The notes: generated from the letters alone by a model not told the origin. 32,000 bases of DNA from Limnohabitans sp. 15K (GCF_002778285.1 NZ_NESM01000001.1:110529-142528), one strand, 5' to 3'; shown: positions 9,320 to 18,340, counted from the first letter of the stretch. Made by a program: numbers and translations.

Positions 9320-9946
9320 ATGTCCGAAACCCTGAACCGCGAAATCGACAACGCCACCACCAGCGCTGAATTTTTGACCAGTTCCCAAGCCGCCAAGCGT
9401 TTGGGTTTGTCCATGGCAACGATCCAAAAGTTGGTCGACAACAATGTCTTACAAGCTTGGAAGACCTTTGGCGGACACCGCCGCATCTCGCTCGCTTCCA
9501 TCCTGAACTACCAAAGTGCCAACAATTTTTTGGATGTACCACGCCAGAGCACCGATCGCCGAGCCAAGGTGATGATGGTGATCGAGTCGCCCGAGATGAC
9601 CGCCCGACTGAAAAAAGACATCCCTCAGTGGCATCTGCCTTTGCAAGCCGCGTTTCAAGAATCCTTGACCGAAGCCCTGCTGGAACTTCTGAACGACAAG
9701 CACGATCTCTTGGTCATACAGATGAGTGGTCTGAAGAAGCAGCAAGAAAAAGTCTTGGAAATCTTGCAAAAGTTCATGAGCTCTCGGCACACCGTGGCCC
9801 ACACCCTGGTTCTGACCCAAGAAAATGAGCTCTTGCCCAGCAGCACGTCGGGCGCGCCTGTGAGCATCCAGGTGCTCAACAAAGACCTCTCACCGATGTG
9901 GCTGTCGGCCTATTTGTCAGGCTTTGTGGCGCAGCGACGGCTCTGA
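9320..9946 (+). CDS. excisionase/MerR-type HTH DNA-binding protein with a degenerate receiver-like C-terminal domain
   Basis: LTSSQAAKRLGLSMATIQKLVDNNVLQAWKTFGGHRRI is an HTH_17/excisionase-type motif. The following segment, KVMMVIESPE...DLLVIQMSG, has a receiver-like beta-alpha pattern but lacks the acidic pocket and phospho-acceptor Asp. Confidence 0.6.
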   Translation: MSETLNREIDNATTSAEFLTSSQAAKRLGLSMATIQKLVDNNVLQAWKTFGGHRRISLASILNYQSANNFLDVPRQSTDRRAKVMMVIESPEMTARLKKDIPQWHLPLQAAFQESLTEALLELLNDKHDLLVIQMSGLKKQQEKVLEILQKFMSSRHTVAHTLVLTQENELLPSSTSGAPVSIQVLNKDLSPMWLSAYLSGFVAQRRL

Positions 9947-9959
9947 GTACATCTGCCAC

Positions 9960-10871
9960 TCAGATGTGGCCCCAAACCATCAAGGCGTCACGCCCTTCGG
10001 TGACCAGGTCCACCTTGGCGCCCACGGGCAGCAGCACCTTGGTTTCGACATGGCCGAAGGGCAAACCGGTGAGCACTGGCGCTTTGATCTGGCTGCGCAG
10101 CCGCTCGACCACGGTGGCCAGCTTGAAGCCCTTGTCGTGCGTGGGCACCAGCTTGTATTTGCTGAATTGCCCGATCAACACCGCCTTTTGCTGGGCCAAC
10201 ACACCCGCAAGCAAAAGCTGCGTGAGCATGCGTTCAACGCGGTAAGGGTGCTCGCCCACGTCTTCTAAAAAAAGCACGCCGCCTTTAATTTGCGGAAAGT
10301 ACGGTGTGCCCAGCAAGGACACCAACACCGACAAGTTGCCGCCCCACAGGGGCGCGTCTTTCACCAGCACGCGGCGCTCGGCCTCGGCTTTGGGCAGTTG
10401 CCAGCCTGTGCCTTCGCCTTGCTCCAACAGCAGGTCGTCAAAACAGGCTTGCATGATGTCGTCGGGCTCCTCTTCTGAGCCAAAGTCTTCACCCAGCGCA
10501 GGGCCTTGCCAGCTGATGCGGCCAGTCTTGGCGTACACCGCTTGGTTGAAGGCGGTGAAATCACTCAAGCCCACAAACTGCATGCCGCCATCAATCGCTT
10601 TGGCGATCTGTTTGTAGGGCAGCGCGGGCAGGATGCGCGTGAGGCCGTAGCCGCCGCGCGAGATGAGGGCCACATCTGCACCGCTGGCGGCAGCGCGGGT
10701 GATGGCAGCGATGCGCGTGGCGTCGTCGCCTGCAAAGCGCATGTGGGTGTCCAAAGCCGATTCGTCCACTTCCACTTCGTGGCCTTGGGCTTTGAGGCGT
10801 TTGATGCCGCGACGAAAAGCGGCTTTGTCGCGCACAGCGCTGGAAGGAGAAAAAATGTAGATGTGGGCCAT
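9960..10871 (-). CDS. ldcA: LD-carboxypeptidase (peptidase S66, muramoyltetrapeptide carboxypeptidase)
   Basis: MAHIYIFSPSS...ISRGGYGLTRIL...GLSDFTAF (Ser nucleophile context)...GHV. The start is set to ATG 10871. The ORF extension to 11084 overlaps the upstream gene and looks like GC-rich read-through. Confidence 0.8.
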   Translation of the reverse strand: MAHIYIFSPSSAVRDKAAFRRGIKRLKAQGHEVEVDESALDTHMRFAGDDATRIAAITRAAASGADVALISRGGYGLTRILPALPYKQIAKAIDGGMQFVGLSDFTAFNQAVYAKTGRISWQGPALGEDFGSEEEPDDIMQACFDDLLLEQGEGTGWQLPKAEAERRVLVKDAPLWGGNLSVLVSLLGTPYFPQIKGGVLFLEDVGEHPYRVERMLTQLLLAGVLAQQKAVLIGQFSKYKLVPTHDKGFKLATVVERLRSQIKAPVLTGLPFGHVETKVLLPVGAKVDLVTEGRDALMVWGHI

Positions 10872-10885
10872 GCGGGTGTTCTTGA

Positions 10886-12876
<1,991 letters not shown>

Positions 12877-12980
12877 GGCGATGAATGTACCAAACCAAGG
12901 TTGTGCGAGTTGGTACACGAACGGTTGAATGGATCGAAAATCACTTGACGTTTAACGCATGTCGTTATACGCTTCGCAAC

Positions 12981-13259
12981 ATGATCCAGTCGTTTCGATG
13001 CAAAGACACCCATGCATTGTTTGCAGGTCAAACAGTTGCTCGGTTCGTCAACTTCGGCAAAGTGGCCGAACGCAAACTGGTCATGTTGCACCGATCGGTT
13101 CGACTAGAAGATTTGAGAATACCCCCGAACAACCGGCTCGAAGCGCTCAAAGGCAATCGCAGTGGTCAATTCAGCATCCGCATCAATGACCAGTGGCGCA
13201 TTTGCTTCCGATTTGAAAACGGCCATACGTTCGATGTTGAGATAGTGGACTATCACTGA
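12981..13259 (+). CDS. higB: type II toxin, HigB/RelE-family (plasmid maintenance system killer)
   Basis: The 92-aa MIQSFRCKDTHALFAGQ...RLEALKGNRSGQFSIRINDQWRICFRFENGHTFDVEIVDYH is the classic HigB-type pattern. It sits directly upstream of a HigA-like HTH gene. Confidence 0.85.
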   Translation: MIQSFRCKDTHALFAGQTVARFVNFGKVAERKLVMLHRSVRLEDLRIPPNNRLEALKGNRSGQFSIRINDQWRICFRFENGHTFDVEIVDYH

Positions 13260-13270
13260 AAGGAGTTGAG

Positions 13271-13612
13271 ATGAAAGTTGAAGATGCCACCCCAGCCTAC
13301 CTCGTTCCAGTCAACGGCATGCGCCCCATTCATCCTGGCGAAGTGCTGCGGGAAGAGTTTTTGACGCCCTACCAACTCACGGCACATGCCCTCTCAATGG
13401 CGCTGCAAATACCCGCCCCGCGAATCAACGACATCGTGCGCGAAAAACGCGCCATCACCGTGGACACCGCCTTACGTTTAGCCAAGTTTTTTGGCAACAG
13501 CGCCGAATTCTGGATGGGCTTGCAAACCGACTTTGACATGGCCGTGGCGCGTCAGTCGATGCAAGATGCACTGGACAGGATTCGGGAATATCAGCCCGCA
13601 CAAGCACAATAA
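13271..13612 (+). CDS. higA: type II antitoxin HigA (XRE-family HTH)
   Basis: IHPGEVLREEFLTPYQLTAHALSMALQIPAPRINDIVREKRAITVDTALRLAKFFGNSAEFWMGLQ is the HigA/VapI signature. AAGGAG lies upstream of the ATG. Confidence 0.85.
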   Translation: MKVEDATPAYLVPVNGMRPIHPGEVLREEFLTPYQLTAHALSMALQIPAPRINDIVREKRAITVDTALRLAKFFGNSAEFWMGLQTDFDMAVARQSMQDALDRIREYQPAQAQ

Positions 13613-13617
13613 AACAA

Positions 13618-13640
13618 AGGCACCCGAGGGTGCCTTTTTT
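13618..13640. terminator. rho-independent, probably bidirectional, terminator
   Basis: The stem is AGGCAC/GTGCCT with loop CCGAG-like, followed by TTTTTT on the + strand and TTTGTTTT on the - strand. It immediately abuts the guaA-3'-end relic at 13641. Confidence 0.65.
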
Positions 13641-13656
13641 GTCATTCCCACTCAAT
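13641..13656. repeat. attL-like core (relic copy of the guaA 3' end)
   Basis: GTCATTCCCACTCAAT has reverse complement ATT GAG TGG GAA TGA, which reads I E W E stop. It matches 22791-22806 at 14/16 positions. Confidence 0.75.
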
Positions 13657-13830
13657 ACATACACAGGCAAAAACCCTAATAAAATCAACAACTTGCATCT
13701 ACTGATTTTGTGCGTGTAAGTTTTGTGTGAGTTTCGCAGTTAATCAGACACTCAACAAGGCATGCTTAAAGTGTTGAAAATCATTGCTTAAGCAGGAATA
13801 TGGATACACGTCGTGTAGCAATTATAGAAG

Positions 13831-14079
13831 TCAAATTCGCCTCACATCACAAAACCAAATTTTTGACTCATAACCATTCCAAGTTCCATACTGGATAGTA
13901 TCACCTGATTTTAATAAAAATAAATTTTTCAGGGTTAGAGGATATGAATTTTCCCAATTAGTTAAGTTCATTTTCCTGTAACTTCCGTCATCAAGCAACA
14001 AGATAATTTCATTGTCTCTGATGTAAAAACCATAAAAAATTGCTTTATTCCATGTGACGTCACCTAAAATATGTGTCAT
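13831..14079 (-). CDS. hypothetical small protein (82 aa)
   Basis: The ORF lies 6 nt downstream of the secreted 192-aa ORF on the same strand. It has island-type AT-rich codon usage and no recognisable motif. Confidence 0.4.
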   Translation of the reverse strand: MTHILGDVTWNKAIFYGFYIRDNEIILLLDDGSYRKMNLTNWENSYPLTLKNLFLLKSGDTIQYGTWNGYESKIWFCDVRRI

Positions 14080-14085
14080 AGTAAA

Positions 14086-14664
14086 TCAAAATAAAATTTT
14101 CTTTGAGTCTTTAACACACTTGCCTTCAACCTCAAGATTCACATACATATCACGAACTCTAGTAGGCAGCAAATCGTTAAGCCAACTACTAAAGCCGTAT
14201 ATTGTATGACTCCAAGAAAAACTTCCATCAACCCTATCGAGCACTATAAACCTGCGTGTATAAGAATATAAGCTTCGTTCAATGGGGTATTTTTCATCAT
14301 CTTTGAAATTTTTATAGCGTTCACGAGTGTAGCTACCACGATAATATGTATCCTTTACCTCTAAACCACCATACTCAAACAAATGGTCATTGCTTGGATC
14401 AGAATAAACAGAAGGTATGTTTTTAAACTCGTAATCATTATTAACCGTGATAATTCCGTCAGCTATTGTAACAACTAACGTCATGGGCTTGATTTTTACG
14501 AACTTATCAAGCTCATTTTTAGGGATGTTTATATTAATAGATGGACCAACCTTAGCAGCACCTTCACAACGAAGGTAAATTTTATCTTGTCCTAGTACGG
14601 AGGTACTTGCCAAAGTACAAAGAGAGACAATGAGAAGGGTTAGATGAGACTTAAATTTGAGCAT
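14086..14664 (-). CDS. hypothetical exported protein (192 aa)
   Basis: The N-terminal signal peptide is MLKFKSHLTLLIVSLCTLASTSVLG/QD. The mature part is rich in Tyr/Asp/Lys. I recognise no family. Confidence 0.55.
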   Translation of the reverse strand: MLKFKSHLTLLIVSLCTLASTSVLGQDKIYLRCEGAAKVGPSININIPKNELDKFVKIKPMTLVVTIADGIITVNNDYEFKNIPSVYSDPSNDHLFEYGGLEVKDTYYRGSYTRERYKNFKDDEKYPIERSLYSYTRRFIVLDRVDGSFSWSHTIYGFSSWLNDLLPTRVRDMYVNLEVEGKCVKDSKKILF

Positions 14665-14677
14665 AACAGCAGCCGTT

Positions 14678-14706
14678 TTGACATGTAGGTTGGTTGCTTA
14701 TATGAT
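14678..14706 (+). promoter_or_regulatory. sigma70-type promoter for the H-NS-like gene
   Basis: TTGACA (14678-14683), an exact 17-nt spacer, then TATGAT (14701-14706). TAAGGAG follows 7 nt before ATG 14755. Confidence 0.5.
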
Positions 14707-14754
14707 ATGGAGGGAGTTACCAATTGTCAATCTCAGCACCTAAGGAGCCCCTCA

Positions 14755-14985
14755 ATGATGTCACGTGTAGACGAAATCAACGCACAAATCGCCAAGCTGG
14801 AAGCTGAACGCACCTCTGCTATGAAAGCAGAACGTGCAAACGTGCTTGCGAAGATGAAAGCTGACATCAAGCTGTATGGCTTCAAAACAACAGACTTCAA
14901 AGGTGTCTTGTTGACACGTGCTAAACGTAGCCCCAACGGTACACGTGCGGCTAAGAAGGCTGCGACTAAGAAGTCAACAAAGTGA
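14755..14985 (+). CDS. truncated H-NS-family protein (oligomerisation domain plus basic tail, no canonical DNA-binding domain)
   Basis: MMSRVDEINAQIAKLEAERTSAMKAERANVLAKMKADIKLYGFKTTDFKG matches the N-terminal coiled-coil/dimerisation pattern of betaproteobacterial H-NS-like proteins. The ORF ends 26 aa later in a Lys/Ala-rich tail without the TWxGRGRxPxW-type motif. Confidence 0.55.
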   Translation: MMSRVDEINAQIAKLEAERTSAMKAERANVLAKMKADIKLYGFKTTDFKGVLLTRAKRSPNGTRAAKKAATKKSTK

Positions 14986-15019
14986 ATTTTTCCATTTACT
15001 GTTGTTGTTGAGGGATATT

Positions 15020-15361
15020 ATGCAAAGCTACTATTCAGCACAAGTTTGGAATAAACAATCAGTAAAGTTGCCTTACACCTGTAAAACTGCAAAGCCCTCT
15101 GACTGGGAACAGGTATCAAATGTACCTGTAATTCACGTCATAGACGCGATGTATAGAAATTCAACCGTAAGCGGAACTTTTGTAATTTCCCCCTTTGTTT
15201 TAGTTCCCATATCACTAAATCAATCAGGAAAAATTGATGTTTTATGCAGATGGTTTAATCACAGATTGGTTTCAACTGGATTATCTTTAATTATCAATCT
15301 AACAACCACAAAATTCGATCACAACTTTACAGGAAATGTGATTTCAAATATTGAAAAATGA
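15020..15361 (+). CDS. hypothetical protein (113 aa)
   Basis: ATG 15020 is preceded by GAGGGA. The longer ORF from 14918 overlaps the H-NS-like gene. No motif is recognised. Confidence 0.4.
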   Translation: MQSYYSAQVWNKQSVKLPYTCKTAKPSDWEQVSNVPVIHVIDAMYRNSTVSGTFVISPFVLVPISLNQSGKIDVLCRWFNHRLVSTGLSLIINLTTTKFDHNFTGNVISNIEK

Positions 15362-15498
15362 GAGATTTGGAATGGTTTTTCATCAATCTTGATCATCAAC
15401 AGCGGAAAAAGCAATCCAATTCATTTAAATTAGATCGAGTTCAATTCAATTTTGATGTTGCTTTTTTTACTTTTCAATCAGTTAATAAAGGACTTTAA

Positions 15499-16173
15499 AT
15501 GTCAAATTTCTGCTCTCAGTGTGGTACAGCAGTTTCAGAAAATAACTCTGCAAATTGTGTTAACTGCGGAAAGCCCCTAAGCGTAAACTCTGAAAGCTCA
15601 AAAAATGATTCAATAAATGAGGCAAAAGATAAATTATTTAATTTTGCAAAGAGTATCAAAGATGCATCAATTAAAGCAAGCCAAGACTTAAAATCTGATG
15701 AAACTAAATCAAAGATAAAAAATTTTACAGATCGAGCTCAGAGTTTTGCGTCAGAAAAAACAAAAACTATTAAAGAAGATTTTAACAAAATCAACGAAGC
15801 AAGAAAGGCAGCTATAATTGAAGTCAACGATATAGATTCAAAATCGAAGATTGAGACAACCAAAAAATTCACATTTTCTTTCTGGTCTAAATTAACTGGA
15901 AATCAAAAAGGAATATTAATTGGATCTTGTGCGGTATTAATTTTATTAATAACGCAATTTGGAGATGATATAAATTCAGATGCCAGAAAGACTGCCAGCT
16001 ATATTTGTGTTATAGATAATTATAAAAAAATGGATGAATTATCATTAGGGAAATATATGGACGAGGCAAGTGAATGGATGAAAAAAATGCGAATCAAATA
16101 CTCGGACCCGAGAAAATTTAGCGAATACTCATCTGCCGTTGTTAATGCCCAGAAAAAAACTTGCGGCTTCTAA
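15499..16173 (+). CDS. zinc-ribbon domain membrane protein
   Basis: The N-terminus has CSQC-x11-CVNC (four-Cys zinc ribbon), followed by a Lys/Ser-rich probable coiled region and one TM helix (ILIGSCAVLILLITQF). AAAGGA lies upstream of the ATG. Confidence 0.6.
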   Translation: MSNFCSQCGTAVSENNSANCVNCGKPLSVNSESSKNDSINEAKDKLFNFAKSIKDASIKASQDLKSDETKSKIKNFTDRAQSFASEKTKTIKEDFNKINEARKAAIIEVNDIDSKSKIETTKKFTFSFWSKLTGNQKGILIGSCAVLILLITQFGDDINSDARKTASYICVIDNYKKMDELSLGKYMDEASEWMKKMRIKYSDPRKFSEYSSAVVNAQKKTCGF

Positions 16174-16190
16174 TATTTACAAGGGAATAT

Positions 16191-16340
16191 ATGTTTGATG
16201 TATTTTTTGGAATTATTCTTGCGTTTGGTTTCATTTATTTAGTTGGAAATTTTAAAAACTTCTCACCAGCAACAAGAGCACTAATTGGAGCAATAGCTGG
16301 TGCTTCATTTATGATATATATGCTTAAGAGTTTTACATGA
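16191..16340 (+). CDS. possible 49-aa two-TM micro-protein (below the ORF-track cutoff)
   Basis: ATG 16191 is preceded by AAGGGA. The product is MFDVFFGIILAFGFIYLVGNFKNFSPATRALIGAIAGASFMIYMLKSFT, with two hydrophobic helices. Confidence 0.35.
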   Translation: MFDVFFGIILAFGFIYLVGNFKNFSPATRALIGAIAGASFMIYMLKSFT

Positions 16341-16347
16341 TATTTCT

Positions 16348-16461
16348 TTAAGCCAACTCAATCGCTTTGCGTTTCATTGCGTCATTGACGTCAATGTATG
16401 CCTGTGTAGTTGAGATATTCGCGTGCCTTGCGATGCTTTGTAACACTCTAACGCTATCACC
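16348..16461 (-). pseudogene. 3'-terminal relic of a tyrosine recombinase gene (last 37 codons plus stop)
   Basis: The relic encodes GDSVRVLQSIARHANISTTQAYIDVNDAMKRKAIELA-stop. By hand alignment it is 96/114 nt and 35/37 aa identical to 17629-17742, the end of the intact recombinase. The frame breaks upstream (stop codon, similarity decays by about 16470). Confidence 0.75.
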
Positions 16462-16536
16462 TATTTACAACACCAAACTGTCTTGCCTTTGAGTCATAAC
16501 AAAAAACTTATAACGCAGCCTTATCTTCGTATTGCC

Positions 16537-17625
16537 ATGAAATATTTTCGAATCACATCAATATGTTTTTTTATTACATATCTTTTATGCGCTTCACATA
16601 TTGCCAATGCATTTTGGGGCAGTGATTATGACGAACCTCCTCCGATAATTCGCACTGAACCACCAAACGCTCAAGAAATTAAAAATTTGAAATTTGGCAA
16701 TAAAGCACTCAATGAACAAGTAATAAGGTTTGGGTTAGCGATTCATACACCTTTAATTCCAGATTGGAGTGAAAAAAAATCTGGAAAGCTTCTTGCAAGC
16801 TGGAATCCTAATAATCAAAATGGGAAAAACCCAACACTTGTTATACAGCATGGCGGTGTTGGTGGACCAGGCGCAACAGACTACGGGCATGCGCGATGGT
16901 TCCTTGCTCAAGGTTTTAATGTTCTAGTTCTTGATAGCTTTTGGAGTCGAGGTTTTATAGCAAACTGGCGAAGAATTGAAGCAAGTGTCAGCGAACATGG
17001 TAATGCGTTTTCGACACTGGGAGCCAATACTCGTGCTAGGGACGCATTTGCGGCAGCTCGATGGCTACGGGAGCAACCGCAAGTTGATACAAATCGTATA
17101 TTTCTAATAGGCGGGAGTCAAGGCGGCTGGAGCGTTTTACGAGCATTTACAGACGAAAAATCAATTACAGAAAATTATAAAGAATTATTTCGTGCTGGAA
17201 TTTCAATATATCCTGCTTGTTGGAGCTGGCAACGCACTCCAGGCAATCACGGCAAAAACGCCACTCAGAATTTAAATCCAAAATTAGGTCCATTTTATGC
17301 TCCAGTTTTTTTGATTTCAGCAGAACTAGAGCCGCCAGGTACTGCCACTGACATTAATTCTTGCAACCCAAATATCGTTAATTGGGCACACAAGCATTTA
17401 AGACTAGCAGAAACCACTCATGCATTTGACTCAGAAACACCTCCAGAAAAACCAGTTAACAGTTGCTGGTACAGCAACAATCCACATTGGTGTACAGCAT
17501 CTGGTGGGCGCGATGCATTAACAAGAAATTGCATTGGTGCACCTAAAGCTGACTTCTGCTCAGATATTGAAGTAACAAAAAAAGTAAGAAGCGAAATGCT
17601 TAATTTCTTAAATTCATTTAAATAA
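16537..17625 (+). CDS. secreted alpha/beta-fold serine hydrolase (esterase/lipase/dienelactone-hydrolase-like)
   Basis: The signal peptide is MKYFRITSICFFITYLLCASHIANA. The nucleophile elbow is IGGSQGGW. The C-terminal part is Cys-rich. The track ORF begins with TTG at 16483, and ATG 16537 gives the signal peptide at the N-terminus. Confidence 0.7.
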   Translation: MKYFRITSICFFITYLLCASHIANAFWGSDYDEPPPIIRTEPPNAQEIKNLKFGNKALNEQVIRFGLAIHTPLIPDWSEKKSGKLLASWNPNNQNGKNPTLVIQHGGVGGPGATDYGHARWFLAQGFNVLVLDSFWSRGFIANWRRIEASVSEHGNAFSTLGANTRARDAFAAARWLREQPQVDTNRIFLIGGSQGGWSVLRAFTDEKSITENYKELFRAGISIYPACWSWQRTPGNHGKNATQNLNPKLGPFYAPVFLISAELEPPGTATDINSCNPNIVNWAHKHLRLAETTHAFDSETPPEKPVNSCWYSNNPHWCTASGGRDALTRNCIGAPKADFCSDIEVTKKVRSEMLNFLNSFK

Positions 17626-17628
17626 TAT

Positions 17629-18204
17629 TTAAACTAACTCAATTGCCTTGCGTTTCATAGCGTCATTGACGTCAATGTAGGCTTGGGTTGTACTGATATT
17701 CGCGTGCCTCGCGATGCTTTGCAACACCCTAACGCTTACGCCTTTATCTGCCAAATTGGTTATTAGCGTACGTCTTGGGCTGTGACTGGAAGCACCCTCA
17801 ATACCTACGCTCTTAAACAAGTGATGGAAGAATTGGCAAAGCGTGTTGCTGTTCCAGCCATCTTGTGGACGCTTCTGTGAATAGAACAGTTTGTCTGTGA
17901 GTGCTTTTGGCGGTATTGATTTGACGTAAGCTTGTAGCTCTTTGCGTAGCTTGTCGCTGACAAATACAGTGCCTGCTTTGCTGCCCTTTGTCTGTTCTGG
18001 CGTTAAGCGTATTTCAGCCCTAATCTTGCCCTCCCCGTCAATCACGTCCTCATAACGCAAAGCCGCGCACTCCTTAACACGAAGTCCTGCGTAGTACATC
18101 GTCAACAACATCGCACGATTACGCAGGCTGTGCTTGCGTGTAGCTACGTAATCCAGCACACGACGAATTTCTTGGGCAGTTAGTGTTTTTGCTTGCTTGG
18201 ACAT
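17629..18204 (-). CDS. small tyrosine recombinase, catalytic domain only (191 aa)
   Basis: AGLRVKE (Arg I), HSPRRT (H-x-x-R) and ARHANISTTQAYID (His and catalytic Tyr). AGGAGA lies 6 nt before ATG 18204. There is no N-terminal core-binding domain. Confidence 0.85.
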   Translation of the reverse strand: MSKQAKTLTAQEIRRVLDYVATRKHSLRNRAMLLTMYYAGLRVKECAALRYEDVIDGEGKIRAEIRLTPEQTKGSKAGTVFVSDKLRKELQAYVKSIPPKALTDKLFYSQKRPQDGWNSNTLCQFFHHLFKSVGIEGASSHSPRRTLITNLADKGVSVRVLQSIARHANISTTQAYIDVNDAMKRKAIELV

Positions 18205-18340
18205 CAATGCTCTCCTAAATGTAAGCTTTTCAATGTCTAAAGCATAAATTCTTTGTTTCTTAATTCCTACCTGTTTTTGGCTTTGTTGGTTCAAGTTGTT
18301 TTCCTTAATGATTTCAACGACTTAGCGTTTGAATGCGAAA

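Noticed and set aside
13600-13700. A tRNA or tmRNA gene as the integration target, and ssrA next to smpB (28344-28422).
   Set aside because: No cloverleaf-compatible sequence or CCA-ended acceptor stem is visible at either island boundary or downstream of smpB. The integration target is the protein-coding guaA 3' end.
14761-14950. Recurrent CACGTG-containing strings (14763, 14911, 14941, plus the palindrome at 13805-13817).
   Set aside because: They are short palindromic hexamers inside coding sequence. There are too few, and they are too short, to separate from chance without statistics.
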